Shown here one piece after another: positions 27,308 to 36,496 of a DNA stretch of 56,938 nucleotides. How positions within the stretch are numbered: the stretch's first letter is position 1; the number at the start of each line of letters is the position of its first letter. The stretch covers positions 1-56,938 of IMG/VR virus record IMGVR_UViG_3300033067_000643, one strand, 5' to 3'. The position numbers and the translations under genes are program-made. The stretch is from a virus (Duplodnaviria; Caudoviricetes). The notes under the pieces were generated by a model, which saw only the letters and a program-made list of their open reading frames with translations, had not been told where the DNA came from and made no database searches.

Positions 27308-28261
27308 GGTAGTTGCCTTCTGTCCGCTTTCACGACTGCCGATGATCGAGGCCACAACGGCAAGCCCAATGAATGCTCCAATGACTCCGAGCGACTGCAA
27401 TGGCGTTGCCAATTCGTGTTCCGCAAAGAACGCCCACACCATCTTGAACCCAAGAAATGCGAGCACCGCGGATAGGCCATAGTTGAGGTATCTGAAAAGG
27501 TCCATCACGCCGGCTAGTAGGAAATACAAAGCGCGCAGCCCGAGGATGGCGAAGATGTTTGAAGTGAACACGGTGAACTTGTCGTTCGTGATGCTCAGCA
27601 CGGCAGGCACGCTGTCGACCGCGAATAAGATGTCCGTGCTTTCGACTACAAGCAGCACCAGAAACAGCGGCGTTATTGCCCAGCCACTTGCTAGTCGGAC
27701 AAAGAACTGCGGCCCAGAATGACCGTCTGCCACGCGGCACACCTTGCGAGCGGCACGCATAAGAATGTTTCTATCTGGGTCAACGTGCGAGTCACCAGAG
27801 GCCAGGAGCTTGCAGGCCGTGTACATCAGCACCACCCCGAACACGACCGACATCCACGCGAAGTTTTCCAAGATGGTAGCGCCAGCCATGATGAACCCTA
27901 GCCGTGCGAAGATCGCACCTGCCACTCCCCAGAACAGCACTCGATATTGATACTTGAGCGGTACGCAGAAGAAACTGAAGATCACCGCGAACACAAACAC
28001 GTTGTCGATTGACAACGACTTTTCCACCAGATAGCCCGTGAGGAAGAGGGCCGCTTGTTCGGGTCCGCGCCACGCCCACACCAGGGCATTGAACGCGAGC
28101 GCGAGCCCGATCCAAGCAGCCGTCCATAAGCCTGATTCAAGCAATGACGGATCGTGGTCCTTGCGATGAAATACGAATAGGTCGACGCCGAGCAGCAAGG
28201 CCACAAGGGCACCAAATGCCGCCCAGTGAATAACGCCGGGCTCCATGAGTAACAATTCCAT
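27299..28261 (-). CDS. terC: TerC/Alx-family integral membrane protein
   Basis: FLTGYLVEKSLSIDNVFVF, VESTDILFAVDSVPA, FTSNIFAILGLRALYF. Confidence 0.96.
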   Translation of the reverse strand: MELLLMEPGVIHWAAFGALVALLLGVDLFVFHRKDHDPSLLESGLWTAAWIGLALAFNALVWAWRGPEQAALFLTGYLVEKSLSIDNVFVFAVIFSFFCVPLKYQYRVLFWGVAGAIFARLGFIMAGATILENFAWMSVVFGVVLMYTACKLLASGDSHVDPDRNILMRAARKVCRVADGHSGPQFFVRLASGWAITPLFLVLLVVESTDILFAVDSVPAVLSITNDKFTVFTSNIFAILGLRALYFLLAGVMDLFRYLNYGLSAVLAFLGFKMVWAFFAEHELATPLQSLGVIGAFIGLAVVASIIGSRESGQKATTTG

Positions 28262-28282
28262 CGCAGAATCCTTTCGCTAAAA

Positions 28283-28711
28283 CTAGGCTGCGTAGTTGGC
28301 ACTCGACAAACCGAGGACTCCACACAGTTCGACCAATACTTTCTTTTCCGAATCATCAAAAGTGCCGTCGGCATTGGCGATGATTAAGGCCACCTTTAAT
28401 GCCGTGTCGGCTTGTGACTCATTGCCCTTCAGCTTGCGCACCACCTGAAGGAGGTCGAGGCGAGAGAACTCGTCTTCGGCCTTCACGCAGTATTCCTCGA
28501 ACGTGTCGCGCAGATCGGTCGGCTGGAATACGCTAAGCATTTGGTTGCCGACAATCAGCTTGGCTACCTTGGACCGTTCGTCCTTGCTAACCGTGCCGTC
28601 GGCCGCAGCCATGAGCGCACAAACTGCCATCGTTGCGTTTTTGAAAGTCGCGTTGTTGAATTGTGCGACCATCGTTGTGGCCTTAGCCTGAAAATCTTTA
28701 AGCCATTGCAT
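28283..28711 (-). CDS. terB: TerB-family protein
   Basis: A.CALMAAADG.VS.DE; IANADG.FD..EK. Confidence 0.93.
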   Translation of the reverse strand: MQWLKDFQAKATTMVAQFNNATFKNATMAVCALMAAADGTVSKDERSKVAKLIVGNQMLSVFQPTDLRDTFEEYCVKAEDEFSRLDLLQVVRKLKGNESQADTALKVALIIANADGTFDDSEKKVLVELCGVLGLSSANYAA

Positions 28712-28797
28712 GCCCTGAATTCCTTTCGTGGGATGGGGCGTTTAGGAGCAGGGGTGCTGGGTGCCAAACGGTGACACCCAGCCGAGCCCCGGCACTA

Positions 28798-29403
28798 CTA
28801 GTCCGCGAACGTCTTTTCGATGAGAGCTTCGATAGTGAAATTCTCTACTTCGGCAATCTTGACCGTGTCGACGATGTCGAACTTGGCACCTGCGGCCACG
28901 AGGCCGTCATCAAGCCAAGTCAGAAACTTCGACGCGGCGGGGTCTTGTCCGACCTGGATGAAGTTGATTGCCAATTCTTCGTCGGCACCCATCTTCTTTG
29001 TCGCGGCCACGATCACGTCAGCCACGGCTTGCTGGTCATTCGGCTCGCCATCCGTCATCACGAAGATGCACGTAGACTTGTCGCTGCCAGCGGCACGTCG
29101 GGCAAAGTGCGCGTCGATGCGATTCTGAAGAACGGCAGCCGTCTCGGTCGAACCACCGGGACTGTTCTCGGAGTAAATCTGGCCGACTTTCGCACCAGTA
29201 ACTCCCTCGTAAACCTTGAACTGGCCGGCGAACGGAACAACGGTAATGCCGTCGCTGTCAATCCGCTCGCAATGCACGGCCAAGGCGTGGGTAGTTTCGC
29301 GGCTGAAATCCCACCGCGACTTGCCACCAGGACAATCCGCCATGACCATGCTGCCGCTCTTGTCCACCAAGAACTCGATATCCAGTTTCTTAAGGTCCAA
29401 CAT
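28798..29403 (-). CDS. von Willebrand factor A domain protein (ter-associated)
   Basis: MIDAS DKSGS...T...TDGEP; FIQVG.D; AAGGAGG RBS before 29403. Confidence 0.92.
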   Translation of the reverse strand: MLDLKKLDIEFLVDKSGSMVMADCPGGKSRWDFSRETTHALAVHCERIDSDGITVVPFAGQFKVYEGVTGAKVGQIYSENSPGGSTETAAVLQNRIDAHFARRAAGSDKSTCIFVMTDGEPNDQQAVADVIVAATKKMGADEELAINFIQVGQDPAASKFLTWLDDGLVAAGAKFDIVDTVKIAEVENFTIEALIEKTFAD

Positions 29404-29486
29404 GATGGGCCTCCTTGTGTTGCAGTCCGGTTGATGGGCCAGAGTGCTGAACCAATAAATCCCGCCATCACGGGGTTGGAAGTTTT

Positions 29487-29630
29487 CTAGATCGCGCGTC
29501 GCAGCAGCCAACCGTTCACGATGCCAAGCCCCAGCAATAACGAGTCGCCGAATGGAACCGGCAGGAAATAAACGGCCGCAGTTGCCGCAATCACGCATAG
29601 CCATGTCGAACCTAATAGATACTTGCTCAC
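29487..29630 (-). CDS. Small membrane protein (47 aa)
   Basis: Hand translation MSKYLLGSTWLCVIAATAAVYFLPVPFGDSLLLGLGIVNGWLLRRAI; GTGA overlap. Confidence 0.55.
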   Translation of the reverse strand: MSKYLLGSTWLCVIAATAAVYFLPVPFGDSLLLGLGIVNGWLLRRAI

Positions 29631-30358
29631 GACTTCGCTCCTTCAATCAACTGGTCAGCTTTCGCCTTAATGTGTTCAGCCACCGCGTTGCGAATGTGGA
29701 CCGGATGCTTTTCGATTCCCTGCAACGCTTCGCCTAACGATTCGTTCACTCGCTCCTCGAAGAACCTGATCCATCCCGGCTCAACTGGACCTGCCTTAGC
29801 AACTGGCTTTCGCGGTGCTGGCTGCTCATCTGGTGCATCGGTTTCTATGCCTCTATCAAAGTCGCTGCTGCCCGGCTCTGGCGAGCTTCCTGGAACCAGT
29901 GGAACGCTATCGACATGGGGTGACTCCTTTCGGGGTTGGACTTCATCGACCGTGCGGGCGTTGTCGAAGCGTTCGCGGTCCTGAATCTCTTGGATGATTT
30001 CCTTGGCCCGCTCATGCGTGATGCGCTTTCCGCGATTGGCTTCTGCCTTGGCTTCTTCGGCCGCGGCTTCGTTCCTTGCGAGCAGATACAACGCGGAGTC
30101 CTGAAAATTCCCAATATTGGGAAACCGGCCGAACACGCGGGCCGCATCCATGTAGCGATACGCGGTGCTCTTTCCGAAGAAGCAATCCTTCTCCACCCAG
30201 GCAACGAACCCGGTGTCAAGCAAGTCTCGAATCTCCATCAGCGACGTGCCGATGGTGACCGCACAATTGATGAGCCCTAGGTGGGCGTGGTCGATTACCT
30301 CGAGATGCTTCTGAAGCTTCTTTGCGTCGGTCTTTGAAAGCTCTGTTGCGGTGCTCAT
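29627..30358 (-). CDS. DUF3102-like DNA-binding protein
   Basis: IG..L.EIR.....F..W.......STAYRYM; SALY.LA. Confidence 0.75.
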   Translation of the reverse strand: MSTATELSKTDAKKLQKHLEVIDHAHLGLINCAVTIGTSLMEIRDLLDTGFVAWVEKDCFFGKSTAYRYMDAARVFGRFPNIGNFQDSALYLLARNEAAAEEAKAEANRGKRITHERAKEIIQEIQDRERFDNARTVDEVQPRKESPHVDSVPLVPGSSPEPGSSDFDRGIETDAPDEQPAPRKPVAKAGPVEPGWIRFFEERVNESLGEALQGIEKHPVHIRNAVAEHIKAKADQLIEGAKS

Positions 30359-30359
30359 T

Positions 30360-30698
30360 TCAGTTGCCTTCCGCTGCACTGGCCTCGGTGGTGATTCCAA
30401 GTTGGTCGCAAGCCGCCAACCGAAGAGGGGTTGACTGCCGGCGCCAAGCTGCCCACATAGTCCAAATAAGTCCGTCTGAAAACGGGAAGTATTCATCCGT
30501 TCCAGATACCGTTGACCACTCACGCTTAACGTCAGCAATCATCTGCGGACGATACTTGTCGAGGTCGGCAATCCAGTAATCAGCACCGGGGTGCATGCGC
30601 TGGCTGCGGTACTTTTCGTAAACCACGGCGACTGCTCGATACAGAACTTCGGGGTCGGCACGATCAAGGTACAACTGCAACGGTCGATCTACTGCCAT
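30360..30698 (-). CDS. Hypothetical protein
   Basis: Coupled to the methyltransferase. Confidence 0.6.
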   Translation of the reverse strand: MAVDRPLQLYLDRADPEVLYRAVAVVYEKYRSQRMHPGADYWIADLDKYRPQMIADVKREWSTVSGTDEYFPFSDGLIWTMWAAWRRQSTPLRLAACDQLGITTEASAAEGN

Positions 30699-31594
30699 GA
30701 CTCAACCTCCATGATTCGCCTGCCAATCCACCGAACGACGGGGACCGCAAACGAATTGCCAAGAACTCTCATGCGTTGACGTTCGCTAACGCCGTCAACT
30801 GCCGTGTAGCCATCGGGGAACCCTTGCAGCCGCTCCCACTCAACGGGAGTCAATTGCCGCATGAGGCTGTTGCTGATGACGCCTACCCCTTCGCCGCCTT
30901 GGCCGGCACGGAGCGTCGGTGTCGCTTCCGGTTGGAACTTTGGGGTTTCGTCTCCGGTCCATCCGAAGCATGCCGTTCGAGCATGCCCATTACTTGCGTG
31001 TCGCTCTTTCCGTATTTGAGTAGTCGCTCGTGCATTCGCTTGGCCCGAGGGCCGGTCGAACAATACTGCGGCGGAACGTCGCCAGTCTCCAAAATGTCCG
31101 ACAACAAACACTCGCTGCCGTCGCTGGGCAACTCCGAAACCGATTGCATCAAGCACTCGCCAGGCACAGCGATACCCGCAGTCAACCAAGGCCCCGAGCA
31201 AGGCTCCAAAACCCTTTCCGCATTCGGTACGCAACGCTCCGGTGACGTTCTCCCAGATGAACCATCGCGGACGAGTGTCAGCCAGTATTCGGCAGAATCC
31301 TTGGGAGAGCTGACCACGAGGATCATCCAGGCCCTTTCGTAGTCCGGTAACGCTGAAAGACTGACAGGGGGTTCCTCCAATAACGACATCAACTTGAGCT
31401 GGGTCGCTGACTTTCGTGAGGTCGCCATAGTTCGGAACATCCTTGTAGTGATGGCTGATGATCTTGCAGCAGATGGGGTCGATCTCGGAAACAAACCGAG
31501 CCTTCCAGCCGAGCGGTGCGAATGCGACAGATGCACCCTCGATGCCGCTGCAAAAACTTCCGAATGCAAGCTTCATGCTTGGGATGGCTGCCAT
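30689..31594 (-). CDS. dcm: DNA (cytosine-5) methyltransferase
   Basis: FCSGIEG, GGTPCQSFS, WENV, QRRQRVF, LTPVEWERLQGFP, GNSFAVPV. Confidence 0.95.
   Translation of the reverse strand: MAAIPSMKLAFGSFCSGIEGASVAFAPLGWKARFVSEIDPICCKIISHHYKDVPNYGDLTKVSDPAQVDVVIGGTPCQSFSVTGLRKGLDDPRGQLSQGFCRILADTRPRWFIWENVTGALRTECGKGFGALLGALVDCGYRCAWRVLDAIGFGVAQRRQRVFVVGHFGDWRRSAAVLFDRPSGQANARATTQIRKERHASNGHARTACFGWTGDETPKFQPEATPTLRAGQGGEGVGVISNSLMRQLTPVEWERLQGFPDGYTAVDGVSERQRMRVLGNSFAVPVVRWIGRRIMEVESWQ
30883..31428 (-). CDS. Overprinted alternative-frame ORF, M.EcoHK31I beta-like
   Basis: Open for 228 codons inside dcm; W.TAG....GE......E.PS...EC.LSDILET motif; start uncertain. Confidence 0.65.
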   Translation of the reverse strand: MATSRKSATQLKLMSLLEEPPVSLSALPDYERAWMILVVSSPKDSAEYWLTLVRDGSSGRTSPERCVPNAERVLEPCSGPWLTAGIAVPGECLMQSVSELPSDGSECLLSDILETGDVPPQYCSTGPRAKRMHERLLKYGKSDTQVMGMLERHASDGPETKPQSSNRKRHRRSVPAKAAKG

Positions 31595-31650
31595 AGCCGC
31601 ACCTCCGAAAGAGAACTCCATTCAGCCCGCTGCCATAGCGAGCCGGTCGG

Positions 31651-31878
31651 TTACTTAGACGCTGTACGACGCTTGGCCCGCGGCACTGACTGCTTCAGCG
31701 CACGGTCGAACTCGGACTCTTGCAGCGGTAGGGCGAAGCCCTTGTTGATGATCTTCCGCCAGGTGGTGACCTTGGCAGCGACCTTACGACGAGCCTTCTC
31801 GTAGCACGCGATACAGAGCCCGCGGCCACGCTCTATCTTGCACTTCCCACAACCCAAGCAAATCCGTTCGCCCTTCAT
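31651..31878 (-). CDS. Small Cys-containing protein
   Basis: CLGC...RGLC..CY; GGAG RBS. Confidence 0.65.
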   Translation of the reverse strand: MKGERICLGCGKCKIERGRGLCIACYEKARRKVAAKVTTWRKIINKGFALPLQESEFDRALKQSVPRAKRRTASK

Positions 31879-31887
31879 CGCCTACTC

Positions 31888-32172
31888 CTAGATGCCGTGT
31901 GCCTCCATGAGCCGACGATCATCGTCGGCCGTGCCGTGACTGCTGAGCGCGTCGAATTCTGGAGCAGTCAATCGCTCCATGAATCTTTGAATGGCTTCGA
32001 TGGAAGTGACCCACCTACCGCCAAGGTTGTTTGCTTCGAGTCGCACGCCCTTGAATCCGCATGTGACCCAACGATGAACCGTCGTGTAGCTGAGCGACTT
32101 CCCCTTGCTCCCCGGCAGCATTGCCGCAGCCTGGTGAAGAGTGAGGGCCTTTTCTTTGACGATGTTGACCAT
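31888..32172 (-). CDS. DUF1580 / MerR-like HTH, probable excisionase
   Basis: LTL.QAA..LP......TVHRW...G..GVRLE...LGGRW.TS.EA..RF. Confidence 0.88.
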   Translation of the reverse strand: MVNIVKEKALTLHQAAAMLPGSKGKSLSYTTVHRWVTCGFKGVRLEANNLGGRWVTSIEAIQRFMERLTAPEFDALSSHGTADDDRRLMEAHGI

Positions 32173-32360
32173 GTTCCTTTAGCGTCCGTTGTCGTTTCAT
32201 CCTCAACGTACGCAATGATACACGACTTCAACCGACTTGCAAGATCATTATTCAATATTGGTCGATATTGTTCGACATTGGACGTAAGACTAGGCACCGT
32301 AGGCACTTATGTTGACTTATGCGTATGGCTGTGTGTGATTCGGCCAAAGGAATCCAAATC
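32173..32360. promoter_or_regulatory. Divergent promoter region (putative genetic switch)
   Basis: AT-richer gap between divergent genes, with TTGACT/TTGCAA-like hexamers. Confidence 0.55.
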
Positions 32361-32690
32361 ATGGCGAGCACGACAACCGGCCCGATCACCCCCGAGAAGC
32401 TGCTAACCGCAGGCACGGACATGGTTCGCGCCGGGGAAATACTGGCGACTGTTGCCAGGAGCGTGGCGAAGAATGGCTGGCCGCACTTAGAGGTGGGCTA
32501 CGTCGCGGTGTTTGAAGATACCGTTGCCAAGCTGATTCGTTTCGCCGAGTCCGCCGACAAGTCGTTGCGTGATGCGAAGCTCGCCGAGGAACTGGCCTCT
32601 CTACCCAAAAACGTGGGTATGGCACCCAAAGAAACGGGTAACGATGGCAATGAACGCCGAACGAAGCCGAGGTCAAAAACATCGAAATAG
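32361..32690 (+). CDS. Hypothetical protein at the repressor position
   Basis: AAAGGA RBS; no recognisable HTH. Confidence 0.65.
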   Translation: MASTTTGPITPEKLLTAGTDMVRAGEILATVARSVAKNGWPHLEVGYVAVFEDTVAKLIRFAESADKSLRDAKLAEELASLPKNVGMAPKETGNDGNERRTKPRSKTSK

Positions 32691-32864
32691 CCGGGAAACA
32701 AGCACATTTCCCAAGACATGCGGGCGTAGCTCAGTTGGCAGAGCGCTAGCTTCCCAAGGATGTTACCTCCCATCTTTTTACCCACGCCTTTTGCTCTACG
32801 GTGAAACGACTTGCGGGAATCGCACAAAAGGTTACTACCCACGAACACGCGATTTTCTACCCAC
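32613..32864 (+). other. attP: 5' half of tRNA-Gly(CCC) at 32720-32758 plus arm-type repeats
   Basis: GCGGGCGTAGCTCAGTTGGCAGAGCGCTAGCTTCCCAAG stops just after the anticodon loop; TACCCAC at 32779, 32836 and 32858, inverted at 32613. Confidence 0.85.
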
Positions 32865-32866
32865 AA

Positions 32867-34030
32867 ATGAAGATCCCACCGAAGAAACTGCACAAAGCCA
32901 GTGGGCTAGATCGAGCCCGCTACAAGGGGCAGGATTATTACTTCGGCACGTCGGGCTCGCTGGAAAGCGAACAGCGTTACGACCAGTGGGTCAAGCAGCT
33001 TTTAGCCGGCAATCCAGACCCATCGCCGAAGCTCGGTTCCGCCACAATGGCCGGGCTCGTCAAGCAGTTCCTCGACCACGCTAAGAAAAAGTATTCCGTG
33101 GGTGAGTATTGCAACGTGAAGTCAGCTTGCGGCGTGCTGCTCGCCACGCATCGACCGACCCGCCCGAATCACTTCGGCCCCAAAGCTCTAGCCGATGTCC
33201 GCGATGCGATGATTGCCAAGGGCTGGCCGCGCACCAGAGTCAACGAACAGATTAGCCGCGTCCGCCGTGTGTTCCGCTGGGGAGTCTCGCAAGAGATCGT
33301 TTCGGTTCACACGGTCTTAGCTCTGCGCGAATTGCTCCCGCTACGTGAAGGGGAAGTAAGGGGCTTGACCGAAAGCTCGCCCGTCACGGCAGCCAGTCAA
33401 GAGCAGGTTGACGCCGTTCTCGCGCAACTAGTTCCCACGCTGGCAACGATGGTCCGCGTTCACCAGCTCGTCGGCATGCGGCCATCGGAACTCTTCACGA
33501 TGCGACCCGACGACATAGACCGCACCGATAAAGTGTGGGTCTACTGGCCCCGCCAATTTAAGACCAAGTGGCGTGGCAAGAAACTCCCTTACGCCATTGG
33601 CCCCAAAGTGCAAAAGCTCTTGAAGCCGTACCTTGACAGGCCGGGCGATGAGTACCTGTTCACTCCGCGGCAATCCATCCTCGAACGCCAGGCGATGCGT
33701 ACGAAGCATGCTAAGAACAAACCGAGCACTCAGCAGCTAAGCCGCCGCACTGGCCGCGTGCGCAAGGTGGCACCGCTCTATAATAGAACCAGTTACCGCA
33801 ACGCCTTAGCCCGAGCCGTGAGGCGGATAACTGGCTCGGACGAGGAAGCGTTTTTGAAACTCTTCTTTCGTCCGAACCAGCTTCGCCACAAGCGAGCCAC
33901 CGAGATGCGATCCAAGGTGGGCATTGAAGATGCCCGAGCCTCGATGGGGCATTCCGACATATCGGCTACCCTGATTTACGCGGAGGCCGATCTAAAGAAG
34001 GCAAAGGAGATCGCCCGCAAACACGGATAG
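32867..34030 (+). CDS. int: Tyrosine integrase
   Basis: GMRPSE, K(T)K, NQLRHKRAT, MGHS, IYA catalytic set; LHKASG..R....G.DYYFG N-terminus. Confidence 0.95.
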   Translation: MKIPPKKLHKASGLDRARYKGQDYYFGTSGSLESEQRYDQWVKQLLAGNPDPSPKLGSATMAGLVKQFLDHAKKKYSVGEYCNVKSACGVLLATHRPTRPNHFGPKALADVRDAMIAKGWPRTRVNEQISRVRRVFRWGVSQEIVSVHTVLALRELLPLREGEVRGLTESSPVTAASQEQVDAVLAQLVPTLATMVRVHQLVGMRPSELFTMRPDDIDRTDKVWVYWPRQFKTKWRGKKLPYAIGPKVQKLLKPYLDRPGDEYLFTPRQSILERQAMRTKHAKNKPSTQQLSRRTGRVRKVAPLYNRTSYRNALARAVRRITGSDEEAFLKLFFRPNQLRHKRATEMRSKVGIEDARASMGHSDISATLIYAEADLKKAKEIARKHG

Positions 34031-34623
34031 CGATAGGCCGCACAACCGCCGAATAGGGAGTGCGACGACAGCCAGAATTGTAAATGTCCGCCAGATGATT
34101 GGCGTGAGGTTCTTCAAGGCCCACGCCTAGCGATTCGACGACCCGCGACTCCGTCTCCACAAGCACGCAAAACAACCGATCAAACCCAAGCAACGAACAA
34201 ATGTCACCATCCCCGTGTTGCCGCGCCTCAACACCCGCCCCTACTTCGACGCTCATTGAAAACCAGCCTTTCGCGCACCTTGCGCCCAGAATTGTGAGCC
34301 ATCATGACCCAGACTGTCCCCCGCGCCAGAGGGAATCAATCACTAGTCGAAGTGTGCATTTTTCGCGTGCGATTACAACCCACCCCGTCAGGTGGAAATC
34401 ATCACTTTTATCGTGCACAATCGCACACCGCACAGGCCCACAGCGACAGCCATTAACGACGACCGCCACGCCGGGTTCAGGGGCAGACAGTGCCCTTTCG
34501 GTGACCGGGTGATAGTGTAAGTTTGTCCATGTTAGATTGCAACTTAAAAATGGGAACCAGCGGCTAGCGGATACAATGCCGTAATCGGGAACACGCATAG
34601 CCTTAGTCTTTGGAGTAAAGCAC

Positions 34624-34917
34624 ATGACATGCCGAAAGGAATCGCCAGTCACGGCCACGATCAAGAAAATTGCCGGATTCTTCGATGTGGCTCCAGAGAG
34701 TCTTGCAAAAGCTCTGAACGAACCGCACGCGTTTAAGCCTGAGAAGCCAGAGCCAACCGCAGAGGGCCGAAAGCGTTACTCGCCAACCGGCACATATGAC
34801 GACGGCTGCGGTGTTTATTCTTGCACCTGCAAACCAGACTGCGAGGATCCGTGCGAGGGGCGGTGTGGGTGCGAAGCCTGCGATGCCGCATATCAGGACT
34901 GGCTTTCGATACAGTGA
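34624..34917 (+). CDS. Hypothetical protein, partial HTH-like N-terminus and Cys-rich C-terminus
   Basis: TIKKIAGFFDVAPESL; CTCKPDCEDPCEGRCGCEAC. Confidence 0.5.
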   Translation: MTCRKESPVTATIKKIAGFFDVAPESLAKALNEPHAFKPEKPEPTAEGRKRYSPTGTYDDGCGVYSCTCKPDCEDPCEGRCGCEACDAAYQDWLSIQ

Positions 34918-34963
34918 CTTGATCTTGTTCAGGTTCTTTGCAACTAGAATATGGGAGCCAGGC

Positions 34964-35572
34964 ATGATCTCTACGCTATTGCTGGTGGCTGCTCTGGGGG
35001 CTGGGCCGATGACGCTCGAACGGGCCGAAGCCTATCAGGTCGCCTGCAAATCGGCAGCCGTGCGTGAGAAGGCCGAAGCCGCCAAAGAATTGAAGGCCGC
35101 TCGCATGGACCTGGCTAAAGCCCGTCGCTATGGCGGTGACGCATACAGCCAGTCCGAGCGGGTGGCCGCCGCGACGAAGCGTGTTAAGGCCGCAGCAAAA
35201 TCAACGGCAGCCACGCCCATCCTCGAATCAACGCCAGCCAAGGGGAGCATCGGTGCGTTGATGACGAGCGAATCTCGCGTCTATCGAATAGTTCGCCATT
35301 CCGGCAATCGCCTGGAACTCGCACCCGAAATGGCCTTGAACAGCACGGTAGTGATTCGCGGTGTGGGAGAAGTTGACGGAGGATACCGTGCCATCCCTGA
35401 CGGTATTCAGTTCATCATCAAATCGCCTGCTGTGGCAACGGTTCGTGAAGATGCCCAAGAGTATCGCCCAGCTGAAGTCTATGAGGTGACTGGATTTGAA
35501 GGTGGCAAGCCCGTACTAGAGCCATTCGACGTGCAAGCCGCCAAAGACATACTGGCAAAGCAGAAGCCATGA
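34964..35572 (+). CDS. Exported hypothetical protein (moron-like)
   Basis: Signal-like MISTLLLVAALGAG; GGAG RBS. Confidence 0.7.
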   Translation: MISTLLLVAALGAGPMTLERAEAYQVACKSAAVREKAEAAKELKAARMDLAKARRYGGDAYSQSERVAAATKRVKAAAKSTAATPILESTPAKGSIGALMTSESRVYRIVRHSGNRLELAPEMALNSTVVIRGVGEVDGGYRAIPDGIQFIIKSPAVATVREDAQEYRPAEVYEVTGFEGGKPVLEPFDVQAAKDILAKQKP

Positions 35573-35662
35573 ACCGCCGGCCGCTATTCTTCACCGCCCG
35601 CAATATCGGCAGCTTGGTCTATTGGGTTCTGTTCGCTATTGGTTACTGTGTCTGGTGGGTGG

Positions 35663-36493
35663 TTAAGGCACTTTAGCCAGTCCGACAATGCCATCGCTTC
35701 CGCCAACCATGCCGGTAAAGTCTGCAATCTTCGTAAGCACTGGAGATGCCGCGTCTATGTCGTTGCAAACGAATAACGCCGTCCCAACAGCATAGGCTTT
35801 CACGACGCCGCTGGGCTGCTTGACCATCTCCATATCAAACGGGACGTGACCTGTAGATGATCGCGTGAGCGCCCGCCCAGTCGATGCAATTCCCGTCGAA
35901 GTGCTTAGCAACGATATATAGTAATTCGACGACGCGAGGTCTTGTCGCCAACAGTACATCAATTCATTGATGGGGTGAAAGGCTGCGCCATACGCAAAAG
36001 ACGACACGATCAATGGGGAAGAATTGTCGTAGTTCGCTCCGAACTTTGTAGCAGTCCCAGTTGATACGTCGATCGTCATCAGGCTCGCGTTGGTGTGCGA
36101 ACTGCCAGAGTCGGAGCCGCCGTAGAGCGTGTTACCTGCCGGATTGAAAGTCGCATAGCCTCCGTAGACGCCTTCCTCAACGTCATGCGCTGCAACGCCG
36201 GTGTAGTGGGTCGTTGCCTTGAGTTGTCCGATTCTAGTGGCCGCTCCGCTGGTACGGCTGATCTCGTACAAGTACGAAGTCGACCCCTCAGACAATGCTT
36301 GCCCAAATGAGTAGAGCTTCCTTGTCGACTTATTATAGGCTAGCGGGCCGATGCCGCCCTGTAGAGAAGGATGGCTCGTAATCCCGGTGAACCGTGGGCG
36401 CGACAAGGCACCCGTCTTCATGTTCAAGTTATAGAGGTAGCCCGACGTTCCCAGGGCCAACCAAGTTCCGTGGCAGCACGGTTGAATGCACAC
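35663..36493 (-). CDS. Beta-propeller tail or receptor-binding protein
   Basis: Repeated LY.I...TG.AT.IG blades; N-terminal PCC; last tail gene. Confidence 0.65.
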   Translation of the reverse strand: MCIQPCCHGTWLALGTSGYLYNLNMKTGALSRPRFTGITSHPSLQGGIGPLAYNKSTRKLYSFGQALSEGSTSYLYEISRTSGAATRIGQLKATTHYTGVAAHDVEEGVYGGYATFNPAGNTLYGGSDSGSSHTNASLMTIDVSTGTATKFGANYDNSSPLIVSSFAYGAAFHPINELMYCWRQDLASSNYYISLLSTSTGIASTGRALTRSSTGHVPFDMEMVKQPSGVVKAYAVGTALFVCNDIDAASPVLTKIADFTGMVGGSDGIVGLAKVP

Positions 36494-36496
36494 GGA

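Noticed and set aside
29404-29646. N-terminal extension of the vWA protein, or a known riboswitch in its leader
   Set aside because: There is a strong RBS at 29403 and a separate small TM ORF at 29487..29630; I could not match a riboswitch consensus by eye
32720-32790. Complete tRNA-Gly gene
   Set aside because: Similarity stops after the anticodon loop; there is no T arm or 3' acceptor strand
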